Source: a virus
IMG/VR virus record: IMGVR_UViG_3300036832_000330
Coordinates: 1-64,000 of that record
Reading direction: 5' to 3' (one strand)
DNA: 64,000 nucleotides
The translations under genes were made by a program, and so were the position numbers. Under the pieces are notes generated by a model. That model searched no databases and had not been told where the DNA came from. It saw only the letters and a list, made by a program, of their open reading frames with translations. Positions 34,014 to 41,144 of this stretch are shown one piece after another (positions within the stretch are counted from its first letter, which is position 1; every line of letters starts with the position of its first letter).

Positions 34014-34654
34014 CAGAACAGCTTCCCTTGTGCTGACTTTGGCTTGAGCTTGGCTTTGCGCTTCTTGTCGGCTGCCGCCCTCTGAGCTAGCTCCTCCCGC
34101 TGATAGGGGTGGAAGCCGTAGTGGACGTTCTCCCAGATGGGAGGTTCATGAGCAGGCTTGCCTAGTGGGGCGTGTACCTCTTCGGTGCGGTAGTTGGCCC
34201 AGACATCAGGCTTGAGGTCTGGTCGCACCCGGTTGGAGAAGCGTTCGCCGGCCTCAGAGCGTTCGGGTGAGTGGATGGGCACGGTCTCCTGGCCGAAGTT
34301 CCAGTAGTGCGCTGAATGAAATAGCGCGCCGGCCAGGCCCCTGGCTCTGGCATCTCCCTCTTTGGTGTGCCCGGTGGCGAGGTTCTCCACCATGGTGACT
34401 TCACCAGGGGTACCGGACCCTTTCCTGGCCCAGGACAACTCTGCCGCCACTGAGGGGTACTTCGGGTGCGATACGTCGACCGCAGCCAGGTGATGCTCGT
34501 GCGGTGACTGCTGCATATCGAGCATGTAGCCGTGGGCTATGGGACCGGCCCAGGGGTGGGCCAGGTGTTCCATGCCAGGCAGGGCTAGTTGGTGCGGGTT
34601 GATCTCGCGCTTGGTGCCGGCGAACTGCTCAGGGTTGAGGGCCTCGTGACTCAT
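34013..34654 (-). CDS. GNAT-like protein with MSHEALNPEQF leader
   Basis: V..VE...RARGLAGALF (RxxGxA acetyl-CoA-type motif), PIHSPERSEAG. Confidence 0.55.
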   Translation of the reverse strand: MSHEALNPEQFAGTKREINPHQLALPGMEHLAHPWAGPIAHGYMLDMQQSPHEHHLAAVDVSHPKYPSVAAELSWARKGSGTPGEVTMVENLATGHTKEGDARARGLAGALFHSAHYWNFGQETVPIHSPERSEAGERFSNRVRPDLKPDVWANYRTEEVHAPLGKPAHEPPIWENVHYGFHPYQREELAQRAAADKKRKAKLKPKSAQGKLF

Positions 34655-35256
34655 CGAGCCAACCTGTGCGCCACAGTGCGGTGATGACCCTCAGCGAGCC
34701 AGGTCTTGCCTCCATGCTCGTAGGTTTCTGGCTCGTAAGGCACGCTTTCACCGGGGTAGTCCGGGTCATGTCGCGGTACATCACCCTGGGCGTACTCCCG
34801 CAGGGTGGGCAAGTGGAGGTGGGCCTGGGATGTCCAGACTTCGCCATGTGGATAGCCACGGCTCTCCCCGTACCCCTCAGCGGCACCGACGAGGTGGGGG
34901 GCAGCTACGAGGGGATCGGTATAAGGCTTGTGGGCCTCAGGGTTACGACTGGTCTGGCGAATATCAGCCTGGGCGAAGACATGCTTGGCAACTCGGCCTC
35001 GGATCACATCAGGAGCTTCTTCACCACCCAGGGAGGGATGTACCCCTAGCAACTGGGCGACATTCTCAGGCTCTTCCTGGAAATCCCGCCAGGGGCGAGG
35101 GTCACCTCTACGTGCTGCTGTCTGCGCTCGCCCCAGACGAGCTTGGTTCTCAGGATCGAGCTTGGGCCGGTTGGCTGCGATGTGTTCTTGCACGCCTGTG
35201 GTGATGCGGTTCTTCCACTGCTCAAACTGCTCGTCGTTGAGAGCTTCGTGGCTCAC
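34651..35256 (-). CDS. ParB/Srx-like protein with MSHEALNDEQF leader
   Basis: TSQ.HL....LREY...P..Y...GKTWLAEGHHRTVAH. Confidence 0.6.
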   Translation of the reverse strand: MSHEALNDEQFEQWKNRITTGVQEHIAANRPKLDPENQARLGRAQTAARRGDPRPWRDFQEEPENVAQLLGVHPSLGGEEAPDVIRGRVAKHVFAQADIRQTSRNPEAHKPYTDPLVAAPHLVGAAEGYGESRGYPHGEVWTSQAHLHLPTLREYAQGDVPRHDPDYPGESVPYEPETYEHGGKTWLAEGHHRTVAHRLAR

Positions 35257-35257
35257 G

Positions 35258-36370
35258 TCACCACCAGCCGACCCAGCCTGTATTGATGGTGGTGTAGGCC
35301 CAGTAGTACCCGTAGCCGGTGGTGGGGTCCACGTCCCTGGTGGGGTCGATATTGGTGCTGGGCTGGAGGGCCACGTAGCGACGGTTCTGGTAGTCGATGA
35401 GATCCTGGGGTTGGTAGGTGTGTGTGGAGTTCCACAGGCCCTGGTAGCTGTACATCTTCTGGGTCACATCGATCTGTGGCATCTCCCGCTGGGGCCAGGT
35501 CAGGTCGTCGTACTCCTTGGACCGGTAGATGGGCACCAGCCGCTTGGTGGTGCGCGACACCCGCCGCAGCCTCGATTGGGTGATGCGGTACAGGCCCACG
35601 CCCAGGGCGCTCGACAGTGCCATGTACTGGCCGTTGAGCCGGTCGATCATCTGGGTGATCTGATTGAAGGTCTGGCTGATCGGGATGGTGACGCCGTCCG
35701 GTGTATGGACATCGTGCTGCTGGGCTACGCCAGTGGCGATGTCCCACAGGGCCATGACCGTGACCAGGATGGAGATGGGGTACTCCTCCACCTCAGTGAT
35801 CATCATGGGGGCCGGTGTCCCGTAGTCGATGGGCTGGCCGGTAGTACCCAGTGGAGGAGGTAGTACCGGGGGGTAGCCCTCATCGATCTCGCCGGCTGGG
35901 CTGGTGCCATAGGTGTGCTGCACATAGGCCGTGCGGACGTAGAGGTCAAGCTCGGCGGGCAGCAGGTCACGGTAGTAGGTGCCCTGGGCCACCAGGAGCA
36001 TGCCGATGGCGGGGGCCTGGGTGAAGACCAGGACGCCACCATGCTCGTCCAGGACGTAGTCGAAGCCCAGGTTGGCTGAGGTAGTACCTCCTGCCGTGGT
36101 GTCGGTCAAGACCACCTGGAGGTTGGACGATGACACGTTCTCGACGGGAAGCTCAAAGCGAAAGGCCACGCCAGAGCAGGTCTGCCGGCAGATGAAGGGC
36201 CGGGGCAGATCCCGAAGTCGGAGTCGCGCCATCTGGGCGATCCGCTGCGTCGAAGAGGGGCTGACCGGCGGGTAGGCCAGCCCCTGATCGGTGTCGGGGT
36301 ACTGCCCCGGCGATCCTGCCGTGATGTCATATGGGTTCGGAAGCCCGGAGACCGGCCCAGAGACTGACAC
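35258..36370 (-). CDS. Neck / head-tail adaptor with C-terminal carbohydrate-binding-like module
   Basis: EEYP.....ALW..A.....D..TPDGVTIP..Q...LRRVSRTT.RLVPIY...E.DD; WNSTHTYQPQD.I.YQ.R.Y.ALQ (CBM5/12-like). Confidence 0.7.
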   Translation of the reverse strand: MSVSGPVSGLPNPYDITAGSPGQYPDTDQGLAYPPVSPSSTQRIAQMARLRLRDLPRPFICRQTCSGVAFRFELPVENVSSSNLQVVLTDTTAGGTTSANLGFDYVLDEHGGVLVFTQAPAIGMLLVAQGTYYRDLLPAELDLYVRTAYVQHTYGTSPAGEIDEGYPPVLPPPLGTTGQPIDYGTPAPMMITEVEEYPISILVTVMALWDIATGVAQQHDVHTPDGVTIPISQTFNQITQMIDRLNGQYMALSSALGVGLYRITQSRLRRVSRTTKRLVPIYRSKEYDDLTWPQREMPQIDVTQKMYSYQGLWNSTHTYQPQDLIDYQNRRYVALQPSTNIDPTRDVDPTTGYGYYWAYTTINTGWVGWW

Positions 36371-36378
36371 ACACCCAG

Positions 36379-36424
36379 GCTAGGTCCGGGTGGTCAGGGG
36401 GGACGCGACACCCGGACCTAGCAT
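36379..36424. promoter_or_regulatory. Back-to-back promoters forming a 14-bp inverted repeat
   Basis: GCTAGGTCCGGGTG (36379-36392) and CACCCGGACCTAGC (36409-36422) lie between divergent operons; each arm runs into TAGC(C/A)T. Confidence 0.65.
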
Positions 36425-36495
36425 TGTGGCTATCCGGTCTGATTCCACCGGTCAGGTAGTACAGCTAGAAAATGCCCAGCCTTTTGTGAGGAAAA

Positions 36496-36912
36496 ATGCC
36501 TTCCTCGTCGTATAACTGCGTCAAAAAATCAGACGTGGCAAAGCTGGGAAAAGCTGTCTCTCAATACAAGAGGATCTCGGATTCCAAGACGGTCAGGAAG
36601 CAGGCGTCGAAAGCCGGCCAGCCGTTGCTGGAGCAGATGCAGGGTCTGATCCGGGGTGAACCCAGCCTGTCTGACTTCGGCCACATAGCCGACGCCATGC
36701 GGGTCTTCAGCCATGACGACAACGTCAGCGTCGGCTTGCCGGCGGATCACCCCCTGCTGCCCTCAGCCCAACAGATGCACAACGTCTTCCAGGTCAGCGA
36801 CGTGGCCTTCGACTTGGCCCAGCAGAGTGGTGAGGTGGAGGGGGCCTTCCATGACAACCTGGGCCTGCGGTCTCAGCCCTGGTGGCGACGCATGGTGGAG
36901 CAGATGCGATGA
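36496..36912 (+). CDS. Hypothetical virion-morphogenesis protein
   Basis: GAGG RBS; first gene of the tail operon. Confidence 0.65.
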   Translation: MPSSSYNCVKKSDVAKLGKAVSQYKRISDSKTVRKQASKAGQPLLEQMQGLIRGEPSLSDFGHIADAMRVFSHDDNVSVGLPADHPLLPSAQQMHNVFQVSDVAFDLAQQSGEVEGAFHDNLGLRSQPWWRRMVEQMR

Positions 36913-36949
36913 CGATAAAGGAAGATCTTCCTATATCGGGGGTGGTGTC

Positions 36950-37675
36950 ATGACCCTGACCAACCCGCCCAACGATGTCGTCCCCAACCCTCCCTTCCTG
37001 GGTCTTTATACCGAAGAGGACATGGGCCTGAAGACGCACCTCCAGGGCCTCTATGTCAGTGATCTGAACGCCCCCAACGAGACCCGCCAGGTACCGGTGT
37101 GGTTTCACAATCCCGAAAGGGAGGAGCGGAGGATCACCTATCCCAACATCACCATCAACTTCACCGGAGAGCGGATAGCTCACGAGCGCGAGCATCGGGG
37201 CTGGGTGGGGATCGGCTATCGGTACCTCCAGGGCGTCCCCTTCGTCCTGGGATCAGAGCAAACCCCGCCGTCCATGGAGTACCCCATCCCCATGGACTTC
37301 GACTACACCGTCACGGCCAGCGCCCGGATCAACCAGCACATCTCCCAGATCTCTGGCAGCTTGGCGATGAGCAAGCTCCATCCCCGCTTCGCCCAGATGG
37401 AGTGCCCCGGTGGCACGGTGCGGAGGATCACGGTCATGGGCGTGAGCCGCACCAATAGCATGGAGTCCGACAAGCGGCTCTTTCGCCAGATCTACCAGCT
37501 TCGGATCTCCACCGAGATCGAGGATGTTGTCACTGCGCTCGGCACCAGGGTGGCCTGTGTTGTCCTGAGCGTCTTGGGTCAGGTGAATGTGAAGCTAGAT
37601 GGCGGGTTGACGATCAGGGATATGCAGGGCGGCGTCCTGTGGGGTCCGCACACAATCACATCGGAGGAAGAATAA
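36950..37675 (+). CDS. Tail terminator / completion protein
   Basis: ED..LK..LQG...VPVWF..PE.E.R..TYP.ITI...PIP..FDY; directly upstream of the sheath gene. Confidence 0.65.
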   Translation: MTLTNPPNDVVPNPPFLGLYTEEDMGLKTHLQGLYVSDLNAPNETRQVPVWFHNPEREERRITYPNITINFTGERIAHEREHRGWVGIGYRYLQGVPFVLGSEQTPPSMEYPIPMDFDYTVTASARINQHISQISGSLAMSKLHPRFAQMECPGGTVRRITVMGVSRTNSMESDKRLFRQIYQLRISTEIEDVVTALGTRVACVVLSVLGQVNVKLDGGLTIRDMQGGVLWGPHTITSEEE

Positions 37676-39541
37676 ATGCCCACCTTGACCAGGCCGGGGG
37701 TTTACGTCGATGAGTCGTCGTTCCCCACCTACATCGGTGCCACTCCCGGCACAGCCGCGGCGTGCTTCGTCGGCCCGTGCCCTCGCGGCCCGTGCCAGGT
37801 GGGTCAGTCGGGTGGGGCCAACCTGCCTGTCGCCTATGGGGTGACACCGACGCGTGTCAACTCCTGGAGAGAGTTCACGGCCTGGTTCGGTGGCTTTGAG
37901 ACTGCCTATCCCCCCAGCCTCCTGCACTTAGCTGTCTATTGCTTCTTCTCTGCGGGCGGCACCAATGCCACGGTCATTCGATCCATTCGTCAGGACGCCT
38001 CTGGGCCAGTGGTGGCGAGCCACACCTTCAATGACTCCCAGACCGTAGCGCCCCGAACCGTGACTGATGGCGTGACGACGAGTACGTCGGCCACGGTAAC
38101 GTCAGCCACCGCCAACTTCACCACCAACGACATCGGCAGGACGATCTCGGGTGCCGGCATCCCTGCCAACAGCACGATCATCACGATCAACAGTGGCACC
38201 AGTGTCGTCATCTCCGCGAATGCCACGGCCACCGCTACCGCAGTCTCTCTGACTATCAGCGGCGGCGGCTTGCCTACCCTGGAGGTTGACGCAGCGAATC
38301 CAGGTGCGTGGGCCTCTGGTACGACCCAGAATCCCAACGGGGGACTGTGGATCGACATCCTGCCGGGAACCATCAGGGACTCCCACTCAAACATCATCAG
38401 CTTCACTATCCAAGTGAAGTATCAGGGCAATGGCCCCAACAATGTCGTAGAGCATTGGCCGGATCTATCCATGATCCCCGGTTCGACCAACCTGGGCCAG
38501 GCCAACTACGCCCCTGACATCATCAACAACCCCTACACCGGGTCGAAGTACATCCATCTGGTGGACAAGGGAAATGTGCCCACTCCCCCGGCTATACGCG
38601 ACTACACCTGGAACCCGTCCACCACCACCGCTTCGCAACAGTTGACCGGTGGCTCTGACGGCCAGCCCATCACCTTCCAGGATCAACTGTCTGCTCTCCA
38701 ACAACTGGATGCGTACCCGGAGCAGCCCTTCGTGATCAACATGCCGGGGCTGATCACCGGGTCGGACATCTCTAGCGTGGTGGGCTACGCCCAGACTCGT
38801 GGCGATAGCTTCGTGGTCATCGATTGCCCGCCGGCCTACAGCCCCAGCGCCATGGTCACCTTTGCCCAGGCTCTGTCGTCCAGTGCCCAGTGCGCCATCT
38901 ACTACCCCCAGGTGAAGATCTCCGACCCGTACTCGGCGGTGCCGGGAGTGACGCGCATGGTGGCACCGGGTGGCTTCGTGGTCGGTCAGTACATCGCCAC
39001 TGACGCCAGGCGGGGGGTGCAGAAGGCTCCCGCCGGCCTGGGCAACTCCCTCCTGGGGGCCTTCGGCGTGGAGACCATCCTCACCAACACTGACCAGGGC
39101 AACCTGACCCAGGCCAACGTCAACTGCATCATCTCGGTGCCTGGCGCAGGCGTGGTGATCTGGGGCGCTCGCACCCTGTCGCCTTACCTCGTCACCCGGT
39201 ACGTCCCCGTCGAGCGCACTCTGCTCTATCTCGCCACTGAGATGACGGCCATGACCAAGTTCGCGGTCTTTGAGCCGAACGACTGGGTGTTGTGGAACAT
39301 GATCACGTCGGTCCTCAGCCAGTTCTTGACCTCGTTCTGGCAGAGCGGTGGTCTGCGGGGGACGAGTATCTCGGAGGCGTTCTACGTCACCTGTGACAGC
39401 AGCGTCAATACGCCTCAGTCCATTCAGCAGGGCATCGTCAACGTCGAGGTCGGTGTGTCGCTCCAGTACCCCGCTGAGTTCGTCATCATCTCCATCGGCC
39501 AGTGGGCCGGTGGTCAGAGCGTCAGCGTCACCACTACCTGA
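37676..39541 (+). CDS. Tail sheath protein
   Basis: RPGVYVDE, YYPQV.I.DP, GVQKAPAG, WGARTL, FEPND, YPAEFVII. Confidence 0.95.
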   Translation: MPTLTRPGVYVDESSFPTYIGATPGTAAACFVGPCPRGPCQVGQSGGANLPVAYGVTPTRVNSWREFTAWFGGFETAYPPSLLHLAVYCFFSAGGTNATVIRSIRQDASGPVVASHTFNDSQTVAPRTVTDGVTTSTSATVTSATANFTTNDIGRTISGAGIPANSTIITINSGTSVVISANATATATAVSLTISGGGLPTLEVDAANPGAWASGTTQNPNGGLWIDILPGTIRDSHSNIISFTIQVKYQGNGPNNVVEHWPDLSMIPGSTNLGQANYAPDIINNPYTGSKYIHLVDKGNVPTPPAIRDYTWNPSTTTASQQLTGGSDGQPITFQDQLSALQQLDAYPEQPFVINMPGLITGSDISSVVGYAQTRGDSFVVIDCPPAYSPSAMVTFAQALSSSAQCAIYYPQVKISDPYSAVPGVTRMVAPGGFVVGQYIATDARRGVQKAPAGLGNSLLGAFGVETILTNTDQGNLTQANVNCIISVPGAGVVIWGARTLSPYLVTRYVPVERTLLYLATEMTAMTKFAVFEPNDWVLWNMITSVLSQFLTSFWQSGGLRGTSISEAFYVTCDSSVNTPQSIQQGIVNVEVGVSLQYPAEFVIISIGQWAGGQSVSVTTT

Positions 39542-39552
39542 GAGGAGGACAC

Positions 39553-40188
39553 ATGACGCGTCCCTTGAACAGTGATCCACTGCGGAACTTCCGCTTCCTG
39601 GTCACCATCACCTCACCCAACCATACGGCTGTGCCCACCACTATTGGTCGCATGGGATTCATGGCCGTATCCGGTCTATCTGTTAACAACGAGGTCATTC
39701 CTTACCGTGAAGGTGGGAACAACACAACGACCCGTAAAATGCCCGGGCAATCTGACTTTGGCCCTCTTACTCTTACAAGAGGGTTCATGGCTATCCCTGT
39801 TGATGGCGGCAATGGTGGCACAGATGAGATCTATAAGTGGTTCCAAATGATCTTCTCTGTAGCGGGAGCAGCCGGCAGTGGTACTGGCGCACCGGGCATG
39901 AACTTCCGTAGCGGAGTAACCATTGACGTGCTGGAACACCCTATCACCAAGACCGCTTATGCGGCTGGTGTTTCCGGAGGCACGCCGGCTATCAAGGCTC
40001 GCTTTGCAGTTTATAACGCTTGGCCTATGGGCTATTCATTCAGCGACTTGGAAGCCGGTGGCAACGCAGTGTTTATAGAAAACCTTACGCTTGCACATGA
40101 AGGCTTTGGCGTATTAGCCGGTAAGCAGGATCCGGGTCTCTTTATCGGCGGATCTGAGTATCCAGCGGCAGGTAATCCAGGTGCCTGA
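39553..40188 (+). CDS. Tail tube protein (T4 gp19-like)
   Basis: DPLRNFRF, GF..VSGL, YREGG, PG, LTLTRG, NAWP, E.LTLAHEG. Confidence 0.93.
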   Translation: MTRPLNSDPLRNFRFLVTITSPNHTAVPTTIGRMGFMAVSGLSVNNEVIPYREGGNNTTTRKMPGQSDFGPLTLTRGFMAIPVDGGNGGTDEIYKWFQMIFSVAGAAGSGTGAPGMNFRSGVTIDVLEHPITKTAYAAGVSGGTPAIKARFAVYNAWPMGYSFSDLEAGGNAVFIENLTLAHEGFGVLAGKQDPGLFIGGSEYPAAGNPGA

Positions 40189-41002
40189 TCCGCTCGCTGA
40201 GTTCACCGCGACAATCATTGATCCGGCTTCTAGCCCGGAGATCGTCCACGAACTGACCAAGCCGGCGGTGCCATTGATGCCGTCCCTGCCGGCTGACACC
40301 GTGACGCTCCCAGGCGGTCTCCTGGACAGCGACGGTGTGCTGCACGCCGAAGCACGTATCCGGGAGATCAACGGGTCCGACGAAGAGGCCATGGCCCGTG
40401 AGCTACGTAGCCCCACCGTCAACATCCCCAAGGTGGTGGATCTCATCCTCAAGAGGTGCGTGCTGTCGGTGGGTCCGTACGAGTCGACCCCCAAGCTGCT
40501 GCTGGGCATGCTGACCGGGGATCGGTCTGCTCTCATGCTGGCGATCAGGATCCTGACCTTTGGCCCGGATTGGGAGGTGCCTGACTTCCCCTGCCGGATA
40601 TGCGGCAAGTCCTTCGGTGTCATCGTGGAACTCGACAAGGACATCGAGATCAAGAAGATGGACAACCCGATGGTGCAGGACATCGAGGTGCCGCTCCGCA
40701 ATGGTCACCTGGCGCTCGTCCACATGCTGACCGGGGATGTTCAGCTTGAGATGGTGGGCGATGGCAACAGGACCGGCCCGGAGGAGGCCACCATCGCCAT
40801 CGACCGTAGCCTCCGCTCGCTGAACGGCAGCCCGGTGATGGGCAACATCGCTCAGAAGATGAGCATGGCTGATCGGCGCAAGATCATCCAGGCCATGACT
40901 GACGCGCAACCTGGCCCGCGTATGGAGGAGGTGATGGTCACATGCACCGAATGCGGCCAGGAAGCCGCCTACCAGTTGAGTCTGGTGGATCTCTTTCGCT
41001 AA
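40181..41002 (+). CDS. Tail assembly chaperone (T4 gp26-like)
   Basis: LPGG, REING.DEE, GDR..L.LAIR..TFG, CRIC, CTECG, DLFR end. Confidence 0.8.
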   Translation: MPDPLAEFTATIIDPASSPEIVHELTKPAVPLMPSLPADTVTLPGGLLDSDGVLHAEARIREINGSDEEAMARELRSPTVNIPKVVDLILKRCVLSVGPYESTPKLLLGMLTGDRSALMLAIRILTFGPDWEVPDFPCRICGKSFGVIVELDKDIEIKKMDNPMVQDIEVPLRNGHLALVHMLTGDVQLEMVGDGNRTGPEEATIAIDRSLRSLNGSPVMGNIAQKMSMADRRKIIQAMTDAQPGPRMEEVMVTCTECGQEAAYQLSLVDLFR

Positions 41003-41144
41003 CTACGTCACCCCGTTCGACCTCCTCTACCTCCAGTACCGCCGGATCGCTGAGCGATTCTCGGGCTGGAGCCTGTCCGAGATCAAGACCATGAGCTACC
41101 CGGAACGCATGCACTGGGTCGAAGTCGTCCTGGAGACTAAGTAA
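40995..41144 (+). CDS. Frameshift-accessed C-terminal extension of the tail chaperone
   Basis: +1 frame FANYVTPFDLLYLQYRRIAERFSGWSLSEIKTMSYPERMHWVEVVLETK*; no start codon of its own; ends TAATG at the tape-measure gene. Confidence 0.7.
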   Translation, partial: FANYVTPFDLLYLQYRRIAERFSGWSLSEIKTMSYPERMHWVEVVLETK

